Assembly: GCA_001821615.1 (NCBI GenBank)
Contig: MHMS01000022.1
Location: 1 to 42,847, forward strand
Length of the DNA stretch: 42,847 nt
Direction of reading: 5' to 3'
Source: Candidatus Niyogibacteria bacterium RIFCSPLOWO2_12_FULL_41_13
GTDB lineage: Bacteria > Patescibacteriota > Minisyncoccia > 2-12-FULL-41-13
Shown: piece after piece, positions 25,709-35,016 of the stretch
Layout: the number at the start of each line of letters is the position of its first letter
How positions within the stretch are numbered: position 1 is the stretch's first letter
Notes under the pieces: model-generated
What the model was told of the DNA's origin: nothing
The model's input: the letters and a program-made list of their open reading frames with translations, nothing else
Databases searched by the model: none
Translations under genes and position numbers: made by a program

Positions 25709-27286
25709 ATGGCCTTTTATTCTTTAATCATTAGAAACGGAAAAATCATTGACGGCAAAATGGGAGAGCGAGGAATCGGCGACATCGGCATAAACAAAGA
25801 AACAATAGCCAAGGTCGGAGACCTCTCAAACGATATTGCCGATGAAATCATCAACGCCGAGGGAAAATTCGTCTCGCCCGGCTTCATTGATTTAACCTCC
25901 CACTCTGACACGCATTGGACTTTATTCACCGAGCCCGGTCAGGAAAGCGTCTTAACCCAGGGCATCACCACGATTCTGGGAGGAAATTGCGGTTTTTCTC
26001 TCGCCCCTCTCGTTCGCCAGGAAGTCATTGAGGGACTGCGAAAGTGGATTGATGTTTCGGCAATCAACATCAACTGGCAAAGTTTTGACGAATTTCTCGC
26101 CGAACTTGAAAAAAGATTTCTTGCCGTGAATTTCGCGAGTTTAATCGGACTGGGAACGCTTCGTAGAGGCGTTATCGGCAACGCGGGAAGAACCGTAAAC
26201 GACATTGAAGCCAAGGAAATGATTTTTTTACTTGATAGGTCGATGAAAGACGGCGCTTTCGGGCTTTCAACAAGTTTGGGTCGCGTCCATGAAAAAAACG
26301 CCTCGGAAACGGAACTCAAAGAACTGCTTCAAATCATAAAAAATTACGAAGGACTGGCGAAACACCACCTGAAAGACGAAGGAAAAGAAATTATGTCTTC
26401 TCTCGCCCAAATTATCGGACTTGCGAGGGAAAGCGGAGCCAGAACTCAAATTTCCCACTTTAAAATTTTGGGGCGGCAATCCTGGGACAATATCGCCCCG
26501 GCGCTCTCAATGATAGAACACGGCCGCGAAGAAGAAAAACTTGACCTCTGGCTTGACTTCTTTCCTTATGAAAAAACAGGTTCAAATCTTTATTTGCTTC
26601 TTCCTCCCTGGCTTCTTGAAGAAGGAGGAAGGAAAATCATTTCCAGATTAAAAGAGCCGGAAACAAGAAAAAATGTCGCTGATTATTTGAAAAACATGAC
26701 CCTGCATTACGATAAAATGATTCTCGCTTCCACCTTGAGAGACAAAACCGGGCTGGGCAAAACACTTCTAGAACTCTCGCAAAAAACAGGATTGAACCCC
26801 GAAGAGCTTATTATTGAACTTCTTGAAATCAACGAACTTAAGGTTTCCATATTCAACGAAGTAATCAATCCTCAACATTTGATTCAACTTGCCGCGAAGA
26901 AATATTCCCTGTTTGCCACCGACGGCCTGGGGATTTCGGGCAGAAACATTGAAAGCGATTTTCCTCATCCGAGATCTTTCGGCGCGTTTCCAAAATGCGT
27001 TAATCTGTTTGTAAATCAAAAAAGGATTCTAACCCTTGAAGAGGCGATTTATAAAATGACGGGGCTTCCGGCGCGAAATTTGGGGCTCAACGACCGCGGG
27101 ACGATTGAAACGGGCAAAAAAGCCGATTTGGTCGTTTTTGATTTGGATAAAATTGAAGACCGCGCGGATTATCAAAATCCCGTTCAATTCAGCGAAGGAA
27201 TAAATTATGTCCTTGTGAATGGAAAAATCGCGGTTCGGGAAGGAAAACCAACGGCAATAATGGCTGGGAAAGTATTGAGGAAATGA
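25709..27286 (+). CDS. N-acyl-D-amino-acid deacylase (amidohydrolase)
   Basis: SPGFIDLTSHSD, QGITTILGGNCGFS, HPRSFGAFP, KMTGLPA, GKKADLVVFD. Confidence 0.9.
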   Translation: MAFYSLIIRNGKIIDGKMGERGIGDIGINKETIAKVGDLSNDIADEIINAEGKFVSPGFIDLTSHSDTHWTLFTEPGQESVLTQGITTILGGNCGFSLAPLVRQEVIEGLRKWIDVSAININWQSFDEFLAELEKRFLAVNFASLIGLGTLRRGVIGNAGRTVNDIEAKEMIFLLDRSMKDGAFGLSTSLGRVHEKNASETELKELLQIIKNYEGLAKHHLKDEGKEIMSSLAQIIGLARESGARTQISHFKILGRQSWDNIAPALSMIEHGREEEKLDLWLDFFPYEKTGSNLYLLLPPWLLEEGGRKIISRLKEPETRKNVADYLKNMTLHYDKMILASTLRDKTGLGKTLLELSQKTGLNPEELIIELLEINELKVSIFNEVINPQHLIQLAAKKYSLFATDGLGISGRNIESDFPHPRSFGAFPKCVNLFVNQKRILTLEEAIYKMTGLPARNLGLNDRGTIETGKKADLVVFDLDKIEDRADYQNPVQFSEGINYVLVNGKIAVREGKPTAIMAGKVLRK

Positions 27287-27292
27287 TGAATT

Positions 27293-28318
27293 ATGAATAA
27301 TGAATTAAGAATTATGGATATCCGGAAACTTGAAAAGCAAACTTTGGAACAAATTGAAAAAACCAGCGATGAAAACGGCTTGCGGATTTTTGAAAAACAG
27401 TGGCTGGGACCAAAAGGAAAAATCAGGGAGCTTTTCCGGGAACTCAAAAATTTTGAGCCGGAAGAAAGAAAAAAAATCGGCGGAGAAATCAATCTTTTAA
27501 AAAAAGAATTAACGGCGGCTCTTGAAAAAAAGAGAACGGGGGCGGAAAAAGAAAAACAGGGATTTGTTTTGGAAAAAGAATGGCTTGACGCGACTCGTCC
27601 GGTAAAACCGGCTGAAATCGGACATATTCATCTTTTAACTTCGGCTCTCAAAGACATCGCTTTAATTTTCAAAAATCTCGGTTTTGATTCGGTCTCCGGC
27701 CCGGATATTGAAACCGAGTGGAATAATTTTGACGCGCTCAATATCCCGGCCTATCACCCCGCCCGGGAAACAGCCGACACTTTTTGGCTAAATCAAATGT
27801 CAAATGTCAAAAGTCAAAAGTTATTATTGCGCACTCACACCAGTCCGAGCCAAATCCGCCATTTATTGTCCCATAAACCTCCCTGCCGAATCGTTTCGCC
27901 GGGAAAAGTCTACCGCTTTGAAGCGATTGACGCGTCCCACAATATTGAATTCTGGCAACTAGAAGGGCTTGCGGTTGACAAAAATATCAATTTCGCCAAT
28001 CTTTTGGACATTCTCCGGACTTTCCTCAAAGAATTTTTCAAGGAAAAAAATTTGAAAATCAGAATACGGCCGAGTTATTATCCGTTCGTTGAACCGGGAA
28101 TAGACATTGACCTCTCTTTTGACGGCAAAAAATGGATTGAAGCGGCGGGCGCGGGAATGGTTCATCCCAATGTTTTAAAAAATACGAAATTAAATCCGGA
28201 GGGTTGGCAGGGCATTGCTTTCGGAATAGGCGTTGACCGCCTGATAATGCTCAAACACAAAATCCCGGACATCCGATTGCTCCACAGCGCCGATTTAAGA
28301 TTTTTAAAACAGTTCTAA
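27293..28318 (+). CDS. pheS: Phenylalanine-tRNA ligase alpha subunit (start may be 27314)
   Basis: NFDALNIP.YHPAR, LLRTHTS, YYPFVEP, GAGMVHP, AFGIGVDRL, FLKQF. Confidence 0.97.
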   Translation: MNNELRIMDIRKLEKQTLEQIEKTSDENGLRIFEKQWLGPKGKIRELFRELKNFEPEERKKIGGEINLLKKELTAALEKKRTGAEKEKQGFVLEKEWLDATRPVKPAEIGHIHLLTSALKDIALIFKNLGFDSVSGPDIETEWNNFDALNIPAYHPARETADTFWLNQMSNVKSQKLLLRTHTSPSQIRHLLSHKPPCRIVSPGKVYRFEAIDASHNIEFWQLEGLAVDKNINFANLLDILRTFLKEFFKEKNLKIRIRPSYYPFVEPGIDIDLSFDGKKWIEAAGAGMVHPNVLKNTKLNPEGWQGIAFGIGVDRLIMLKHKIPDIRLLHSADLRFLKQF

Positions 28319-28319
28319 T

Positions 28320-30392
28320 ATGCTTTTCTCATATAATTGGCTTAAGGAATACATTCCAAATCTTCCTTCGCCCGAAAAACTGGCGGAAATTTTAACGCTT
28401 AAAGCTTTTGAGACCGGCAAAATTGAAAAAAAAGGAAACGATTTTCTCTTGGAAATAGATATTCTTCCGAATCGCGCTCCTGATTGCTGGGGTTATCTTG
28501 GTTTAAGCAGGGAAATCGCCTCTTTGCTCAATAAAAAAATAAATGAGACCGTTGTAAAAACAAAAGAAAGCGATGAGGGCGCCGAAAACTTTCCGGGTTT
28601 GGAAATTCAAAACAAAAAAAACTTCAACGCTTATTATTTAAAAATGATAAAGGGAGTAAAGGTGAAATCTTCTCCCCTTTGGCTCAAAAATAAGCTCGCT
28701 TTGCGCGGAATAAATTCCATAAACAATATCGTGGACGCGGCAAATCTGACGATGCTGGAAATCGGTCAGCCAACGCATGTTTTTGATTGCGATAAAATCT
28801 CCGGCAAAAAAATAATCTTGCGGCAAGCGAAACAAGGGGAAAAATTCGTTTCGCTTGAAAACAAAGCATACTCTTTGCCAAGAGGAACCTTGGTCATCGC
28901 CGACGAAAAAGATATTCTTGCTTTAGCCGGAATTAAAGGCGGAAAAAAAGCCGAGGTTGGCGAAAAAACAAAAAACATCGTCGTTGAATCGGCGAATTTT
29001 TCTTCCTCTTTAATTTTAAAAACCGGCAAAGAACTGAATCTTATAACCGATTCTTCCCGCAGATTCGGCGCCGGCCTTTCTCCTTATTTCGCGAAATTAG
29101 GGCTTGGCTTTTGCGCTTTTTGGATTGAAAAGCTCGCCGGAGGGGAAATCTTAAAAAACGCTCCCAAGTTTGAAAATTTTGCGGAAAAACTTCCCGTGCT
29201 TTTGCCGTTTTCAAAAATTGAAAATATTCTCGGCAAAAAAATAAGCGAAAAAGAAATTTTAAAAATTTTAAAAAGCGTTTATTGCGAAATTAAAATAATC
29301 AAAAAAACGAATGAAAAAATAATAGTGGTGGCTCCTCCGCTATGGAGAGAAGACTTAAAGATTCAAGAAGATTTAATTGAAGAAATTGCGAGAATTCACG
29401 GCTTGGAAAAAATCAAACCCCTGCCCCTTGTCTCTGAAATAAAATTGGGCGGAACGGAAGAAAAAAACGTGGCAAGAGAACAAATCAAAGATTCGGCTTT
29501 AAAAGCCGGCTTTAACGAGGTTTATCTTTATTCTTTTGTCGGAGAAAAAGATTTAAATTTCCTAAACTCCCAAACGCTGAAAAAAGTCATTGAAGTTAAA
29601 AATTTTTTCCGTCCGGAATTCCGCTATTTAAGACCCAACCTTTCTGTTTCGCTCCTGAAAGGATTGAGCGAAGCAAAAAAATATTCGCCCAATGTCCGTC
29701 TCTTTGAATTGTCTCCCGTATTCTCCAAAACGGAAAAACCAAAAGACACCGGAGAGCTCCAGGAAGACCGCCTGATTTTTGGATTCGCCGGCGGCGAAAA
29801 AGACGGGGCGTTTTTTGAACTCAAAAAAAGACTATCCGCTGTTTTTGAATCTTTGGGCTTGTTTAAAATTGAATATTCCGACCTGTTGAATGCGGAATGC
29901 GAGCTCGCCAAAGATTTGGGCGGAATCTTTCATCCGTTCAGAACGGCGCTGATTAAATCAAAAAACGAGGTCGTCGGCGTTATCGGCGAACCAAAGGAAG
30001 AGATTAAAAAATATTTTGAATTGAACGGAGAAGTCGCTCTGGCCGAGATTGAAATTGAAAAACTCTTGACGGTGGGCGCGCCGGCAAAAGAATACAGGCA
30101 GATTTCAAAATATCCGGCTTTGTATCGGGATATCGCTCTTTTGGTTCCCAAAAAAACAAAAGCCACTAATGTTCAAAACCTGATAAAAACAGCGGGGGGC
30201 GAATTGCTCGCCGATATTGATTTGTTTGATATTTATGAAAACGAGAAAGTTTTCGCTGAGAAAAAAAATCTGGCTTTTCATTTGATTTTTCAAAGCAAAG
30301 ATAAAACGCTCTCCGACAAAGAAGTGGATGAAATTATGAAAAAAATCGTCAAACAACTGGAAACAAATCCCGAATTTGAAACAAGGCGGTAA
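28320..30392 (+). CDS. pheT: Phenylalanine-tRNA ligase beta subunit, short form lacking the B2 OB domain
   Basis: SYNWLKEY followed soon by ILPNRAPDC, INNIVDAAN, EDLIEEIARIHG, SKYPALYRDIA; 690 aa. Confidence 0.95.
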   Translation: MLFSYNWLKEYIPNLPSPEKLAEILTLKAFETGKIEKKGNDFLLEIDILPNRAPDCWGYLGLSREIASLLNKKINETVVKTKESDEGAENFPGLEIQNKKNFNAYYLKMIKGVKVKSSPLWLKNKLALRGINSINNIVDAANLTMLEIGQPTHVFDCDKISGKKIILRQAKQGEKFVSLENKAYSLPRGTLVIADEKDILALAGIKGGKKAEVGEKTKNIVVESANFSSSLILKTGKELNLITDSSRRFGAGLSPYFAKLGLGFCAFWIEKLAGGEILKNAPKFENFAEKLPVLLPFSKIENILGKKISEKEILKILKSVYCEIKIIKKTNEKIIVVAPPLWREDLKIQEDLIEEIARIHGLEKIKPLPLVSEIKLGGTEEKNVAREQIKDSALKAGFNEVYLYSFVGEKDLNFLNSQTLKKVIEVKNFFRPEFRYLRPNLSVSLLKGLSEAKKYSPNVRLFELSPVFSKTEKPKDTGELQEDRLIFGFAGGEKDGAFFELKKRLSAVFESLGLFKIEYSDLLNAECELAKDLGGIFHPFRTALIKSKNEVVGVIGEPKEEIKKYFELNGEVALAEIEIEKLLTVGAPAKEYRQISKYPALYRDIALLVPKKTKATNVQNLIKTAGGELLADIDLFDIYENEKVFAEKKNLAFHLIFQSKDKTLSDKEVDEIMKKIVKQLETNPEFETRR

Positions 30393-30435
30393 CATTTGCA
30401 TTTTATTGAAATTTTGCCTAAGCTCTTTTTATGTT

Positions 30436-30804
30436 ATGAATAAAAAAGACCTTGATTATTTCAGCGCAAAATTAAAAGCGGAAAAAGAGCGGCTTGAAAA
30501 AGAACTCTCGGGACTCGCGACGAAAAATCCGGAAAATCCCGAAAACTGGATTCCTTCTTACCCGGATTTCAATCCCCAACTCGCCGATGAAAGCGAAAAA
30601 GCCGATGTCGTTGAAGAATTTGAAATAAAATACAGCGTTGAAACCGTCTTGGAGGAAAAACTAAACGAAGTCAAAGAAGCTCTTCAAAGAATCGCCAAAG
30701 GAACTTACGGCGTATGCGAAGAAGACAAAGAACCGATTTCAAGAGAACGGCTTGAAGCGAATCCCGCGGCAAAATACTGCCAAAAACACGCCCAGTTTAA
30801 ATAG
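30436..30804 (+). CDS. TraR/DksA family transcription factor
   Basis: ALQRIAKGTYGVCEEDKEPISRERLEANPAAKYC; ATG 30436 preferred over TTG 30376. Confidence 0.88.
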   Translation: MNKKDLDYFSAKLKAEKERLEKELSGLATKNPENPENWIPSYPDFNPQLADESEKADVVEEFEIKYSVETVLEEKLNEVKEALQRIAKGTYGVCEEDKEPISRERLEANPAAKYCQKHAQFK

Positions 30805-30841
30805 TCTGTATTTGCGGCGAATTATGTTGTAAAAAAACCTA

Positions 30842-31195
30842 GCGTTGTTTACATCTTCCGCGCTGTCCGGCAAATTCGCTAAGAAAACCCTCGCGCAGTC
30901 CGACCCGCTTCGCCGGAGCTTCAGCGAGGCGAGGCGGGCAGGGTACCCCAGCCCTGCCTCTTTCAAGAACCGGTTGTCGCTCGTTCCAGCGACTCGCGCA
31001 ACCTGCCCTCTCGGCGATTTTGTTCCCGCAAAGCGGGAAACCAAGCCAAAATCGCCTGCGAGAGCTTCTTTCAAGAGGCAGGACTGGGGTGAGCGAGGAC
31101 GAGCGGGAGCGCAAATTCCTCGCTGGGGAATTTGATAGCGTGTTTTCGCGCGAATTTGCCGGACAGAAGAAAATATGAAAGAATGTAAACAACGC
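30842..31195. other. Large GC-rich branched inverted-repeat element (structured RNA or nested non-autonomous element)
   Basis: Nested stems 30842-54/31183-95 (13 bp), 30863-79/31150-66 (17 bp), 30945-62/31073-90 (17/18), 31013-22/31047-56 (10 bp) plus side hairpins. Confidence 0.8.
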
Positions 31196-31212
31196 AGCTA
31201 ATTCTTACAAAT

Positions 31213-32733
31213 ATGTCTATCAAAATTTCCTCGGCTCAAATCGTCGGTTTGGAAGGAAAAATTATTGAGATAGAGGTTGATTTAACGCGGGGGCTTCCGG
31301 CTTTCTCCATCGTGGGCCTTCCCGATAAAGCGATTGAAGAATCAAAAGAAAGAATTTCTTCGGCGGTTAAAAACAGCGGTTTTAATCCTCCCCAGAGAAA
31401 AAACCAAAGAGTGACCGTTTCTTTGGCGCCGGCCGACCTTAAAAAGGAGGGGCCGGGTTTTGATTTGGGAATCGCCCTCGGATATCTTCTCGCCTCAAAA
31501 CAGCTCAACTTTAATGCCGATAAAAAATTATTTTTGGGAGAACTCGCTTTAAACGGCTCAATAAGAATAATCAGGGGAGCGCTGGCTTTGGCTCAAAGCG
31601 CCCTCAAAGCCGGTTTTGAAGAAATTTACCTGCCAAAAGGCAACGGCAAAGAAGCGGCTTTTATTGAAGGAATTAAGGTTTACGAAGCGGGCTCGTTGCT
31701 GGAAATTGCCAGCTGGTTTGAAGGAAAAATAAAACCCGAGCCGCTCCCGAAGCAAAAAATTCAAGAAAACGCTTCGGAATATTCCGTTGACCTTTCGGAT
31801 ATTCGCGGCCAAGAGCACGCGAAACGCGCTCTGGAAATAAGCGCGGCCGGAAGCCACAATCTTCTGATGGTTGGGCCCCCGGGCACGGGCAAAACAATGC
31901 TCGCCAAGGCGCTGCCCTCTTTGCTTCCGCCTCTTTCTTTTGAAGAAGCGCTGGAAGCGACCAACATCCATTCAATCGCCGGAACATTGGACAAGCCGCT
32001 TTTAACTTTCCGGCCCTTCCGCAATCCCCATCATACCGCTTCTTATATTTCAATTATCGGAGGAGGAACGATTCCAAGGCCCGGGGAAATAACAATGGCG
32101 CACCGCGGCGTTTTATTTCTGGACGAATTCCCGGAGTTTGACCGGAGAGTGATAGAGTCGTTGCGCCAGCCGATTGAAGACGGCGTAATCGCCATTTCCA
32201 GAGCAAAAGGCGTTATTGTTTTTCCGGCCCGAATAATTCTTGTCTGCGCGATGAATCCCTGTCCTTGCGGCAATCTCGGCTCTAAAAACAAATCTTGCCT
32301 GTGTCCGGCCTCCGCCATTTTCAAGTACCAAAGAAAAATATCGGGGCCTATCGCCGACCGGCTTGACCTTTTTGTTGAGGTCGGTCGGATTGAACACGAA
32401 GAACTTTCAAAGAAAAACTCCGCGCCCACTTCGGCGGAAAAACAAAAATTGATTTTAAAAGCGAGAGAAGTCCAAAAAGAACGTTTTAAAAACCGGAAAA
32501 TTTTAACCAATGCCGAAATGAGTAGCCGCGACTTGGAACAATTCGTTCCCCTGGACCGCGATTCCCAGCGCGCTTTAAATTTGGCGGCAAGCCGCATGGA
32601 CCTCTCTGCCCGCGCTTATCATCGAGTCATTAAAATAGCGAGGACAATCGCCGATTTGGAAAATTCAGAGAGCGTCCGCGAAAACCACATTGCCGAGGCC
32701 TTGCAATATCGGCCAAAACAAAGTTTGATTTAA
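31213..32733 (+). CDS. comM: YifB/ComM Mg-chelatase-like AAA+ ATPase
   Basis: IVGLPDKAIEES, LAPADLKKEG, GPPGTGKT, FRNPHHTAS, LFLDEFPEF, MNPCPCG, LSARAYHR. Confidence 0.96.
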   Translation: MSIKISSAQIVGLEGKIIEIEVDLTRGLPAFSIVGLPDKAIEESKERISSAVKNSGFNPPQRKNQRVTVSLAPADLKKEGPGFDLGIALGYLLASKQLNFNADKKLFLGELALNGSIRIIRGALALAQSALKAGFEEIYLPKGNGKEAAFIEGIKVYEAGSLLEIASWFEGKIKPEPLPKQKIQENASEYSVDLSDIRGQEHAKRALEISAAGSHNLLMVGPPGTGKTMLAKALPSLLPPLSFEEALEATNIHSIAGTLDKPLLTFRPFRNPHHTASYISIIGGGTIPRPGEITMAHRGVLFLDEFPEFDRRVIESLRQPIEDGVIAISRAKGVIVFPARIILVCAMNPCPCGNLGSKNKSCLCPASAIFKYQRKISGPIADRLDLFVEVGRIEHEELSKKNSAPTSAEKQKLILKAREVQKERFKNRKILTNAEMSSRDLEQFVPLDRDSQRALNLAASRMDLSARAYHRVIKIARTIADLENSESVRENHIAEALQYRPKQSLI

Positions 32734-32770
32734 TATTATCGTATAGAATCATAATTAAAATATTTTGCTC

Positions 32771-32799
32771 TTGACATTTTCCTGCGGTTCTGATAATAT
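32771..32799 (+). promoter_or_regulatory. Sigma70-type promoter of cassette 1
   Basis: TTGACA-17 nt-TAATAT with extended TGn. Confidence 0.7.
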
Positions 32800-32939
32800 T
32801 TCGGGTAGAAAATCGCACCTTGAGTTACATTTCCACTTCAAAATAGAAAGCGCACAAAACCGAGCTATTGGGGCTCGATGATAGCACATTTTATTAGTTT
32901 TATTAGTTTAAACCCGAAAAAGAAAGAAAGGTGAATATG

Positions 32940-33461
32940 ATGGGCGATAGAGAAGATTACAAAGAAGATTGCAAAAGAAAAGCTGCCTATGCGCTAGAAC
33001 AGATGAGAAGAGGTACGATTGGTTACCGATTTGCTCTTTGGTGTATTACAGAGAATCTTCGAGAGGGGAGGTGGTTCCTTTTTGAAATAGGAACCAGGCC
33101 GGCTGAACTTAATAAGCTCCGGATAGAAGACTGTAAAAAATCAGTTCAGAGCTGGATAGACGCGTTGCAATTTGGATTTTTTGCTGAACCGGACGAGGCT
33201 ATTAAATATATTAGAAATAGACTCGGGAAGAGCGGTCTTTCACTTTTTGATGCCGTCAACATCAATGAAGAAAAACTAGAAGAGTTCCGGGTTAAAGCTT
33301 GGGAGATGGTTGCTCGCAATGGAGTCGACATTTTTGAAAAACAAAAATGTCCTCTGACCGCTTGTAGTATTCTTAAGGCAGCCGAGAGAGGCGGATTTCC
33401 ACTTTCCAATATTGGTGTCGATGAAAAGGAACTTGAAAAAGTTCTATCCGAATACAGATAA
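32940..33461 (+). CDS. Hypothetical helical-repeat protein (cassette 1); start 32931, 32937 or 32940
   Basis: GAAAGGTGA SD; recurring LFEIGTRPAEL / LFDAVNINEEKL / LSNIGVDEKEL motif. Confidence 0.75.
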   Translation: MGDREDYKEDCKRKAAYALEQMRRGTIGYRFALWCITENLREGRWFLFEIGTRPAELNKLRIEDCKKSVQSWIDALQFGFFAEPDEAIKYIRNRLGKSGLSLFDAVNINEEKLEEFRVKAWEMVARNGVDIFEKQKCPLTACSILKAAERGGFPLSNIGVDEKELEKVLSEYR

Positions 33462-33502
33462 GACGCCAACAAAAAAGAGTCCAATAGTCCTCCAGCCGCA
33501 AA

Positions 33503-33550
33503 TAAAGAACCTCTGAGAGAGCATGGCTTCGCCGAGGTTCTCTTTTTTTT
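33503..33550 (+). terminator. Probable terminator of cassette 1
   Basis: AGAACCTC...GAGGTTCT stem followed by a T run. Confidence 0.6.
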
Positions 33551-33705
33551 ATTTGAGCGGTGAATAAATAAAAGAATAAGGATTTTCTTAACCATAATAG
33601 TCGAGGCAAGGTTTTCCAGTCTCGGCTATTTTTATTTGTTAATTCACTCATTGCTTTTTCTAATCCTTCCTTTGCTAAACCTCTACTCTCTTCATCCTTC
33701 ATCCA

Positions 33706-33815
33706 ATGGAAAAATCACAAAACATCACTGAAGCCCATATAAGCGAGGCCTTGCAGTATCGGCCAAAGCAGAATTTGATTTAAAATTATCATATAGAATC
33801 ATAATCAAGATATTT
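33706..33815 (+). pseudogene. Diverged duplicate of the comM 3' end plus downstream flank
   Basis: Encodes MEKSQNITEAHISEALQYRPKQNLI* versus ComM LENSESVRENHIAEALQYRPKQSLI*, ungapped at offset 1050; similarity continues about 30 nt past the stop. Confidence 0.9.
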
Positions 33816-33889
33816 CTGAATAATGTTGATTTGTTTAGGACTTCTAGAAAATTAACTAAGTAGTCCAAAATTCAAATTGGAAATTTTGC

Positions 33890-33918
33890 TTGACAAAAAA
33901 TTATAAAAGAAGTATAAT
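33890..33918 (+). promoter_or_regulatory. Consensus sigma70 promoter of cassette 2
   Basis: TTGACA (33890-95)-17 nt-TATAAT (33913-18). Confidence 0.85.
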
Positions 33919-34101
33919 TAAAATAACAAAAGCTCTTTAATACCACTTGCAATTCGGTAGTCATAGCCAAAAAATACTCACTCATGGTGTTTTCTGGCTA
34001 TGACTACCATAGCGATGGTCCTTTGGCAATTCTGCCGCATGGCGCGGCCTCTGCTCAATGGGCAGAGAAAAATCCCGACAACAGTCGGAAAGGAGAGAAT
34101 C

Positions 34102-34713
34102 ATGAAGTACTCGAATCTGAACCTTAGAACGATTGAAGCGATAGTGAACAAGCTCGGCGGCATGGACGGCGTGAAGTGTTTTCTGTCAGGCGAGCTTACG
34201 GTTAAGAAGAAGGAGAGAGAATGCATCTTCGCTGTCTGGAAGACCATTAAGCTCGGCACTGGGCTGAAGACCGCCGATAACTTCCGCCGCGCACTCAAAG
34301 CAGAAGGCAATATCATCGGCGACTGGGGGGCGAGCAAGATTCTCGGCAGGAAGGAGTTCACCGTGGCAAAGGAGGAAACCGAAGTGGACCTCGTTGCGGT
34401 GTCTATTGTTGATGATCTCGGCTTCGTGAACGGCGCCACACAGAAGGAGATCTATGAGAAAGCTTTCAAACTTGGTCTGAAGCTTTGCCCCGCCGAAGTC
34501 GGTCCCCAGCTACGATTGCAGTTTAAGAATCAGCCCAAGGGCGAGTGGCTTCTTATTGGTATGGAACCTATCTATGACTCGGATGGCGACCCTTACGTGT
34601 TCTACGTTGGACGCGGCCGTGATGGTCTGTGGTTGGACGGCTATACCGGCGACCCCTACGACTACTGTAACAGCGGCGATAGCTGTTGGGTGTTCGTCCG
34701 TCCTCGCAAGTAG
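34102..34713 (+). CDS. Probable DGR variable/target protein with C-type-lectin-like C-terminus (cassette 2)
   Basis: GAAAGGAGAG SD before ATG 34102; GLKLCPAEVGPQLRLQ...GMEPI.DSDGDPYVFYV...GLWL...WVFVRPRK; last 45 codons strongly NNY-biased. Confidence 0.72.
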   Translation: MKYSNLNLRTIEAIVNKLGGMDGVKCFLSGELTVKKKERECIFAVWKTIKLGTGLKTADNFRRALKAEGNIIGDWGASKILGRKEFTVAKEETEVDLVAVSIVDDLGFVNGATQKEIYEKAFKLGLKLCPAEVGPQLRLQFKNQPKGEWLLIGMEPIYDSDGDPYVFYVGRGRDGLWLDGYTGDPYDYCNSGDSCWVFVRPRK

Positions 34714-34768
34714 CACTTAGGACTTTGTTTCTTTGATCTCCTGACCTTTGAAACTGAGTCCTTTGACC

Positions 34769-34812
34769 TCCCCGCATCTTGGCTTCGGCCTTGGCGCGGG
34801 GATTTTCTTTTA
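34769..34812 (+). terminator. Hairpin/terminator after cassette 2 gene
   Basis: TCCCCGC...GCGGGGA stem with inner GGC-TTCG-GCC, then T-rich tail. Confidence 0.6.
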
Positions 34813-35016
34813 ATAGAATAAAAACGACAGTAGGTGAATATGCGGAAAATCATGGTTTTCCGCTACCGAATCCAGTAGACAAGGAATAGTTTGCCAACTT
34901 ATGGAGATTTAACCTCTATAGTTAATTTTTTGATAATTTGCGGGGTTTACAATAATCCGACTTTTTTTATCCTAGTTTGTTTATAAACCTTACAATCGGC
35001 CAAAACAAAGTTTGAT

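Noticed and set aside
30739..31192. ORFs 30845..31135 (+), 30739..31074 (-) and 30839..31192 (-)
   Set aside because: Arg/Ala/Ser-rich, no family motifs; open frames are a by-product of the GC-rich palindromic element
30842..31195. RNase P RNA, tmRNA, SRP or 6S RNA
   Set aside because: No GAGGAAAGUCC-type P4 motif, no tRNA-Ala-like ends, no SRP loop motif on either strand; too long and branched for 6S
33373..33702. Minus-strand 109-aa ORF, and 33146..33595
   Set aside because: Run through the cassette 1 terminator and gene; the 33560-33705 part may be a gene remnant but cannot be identified
34000..34101. N-terminal extension of the cassette 2 ORF from ATG 34000
   Set aside because: That ATG is inside the leader hairpin with no SD; a strong SD precedes ATG 34102
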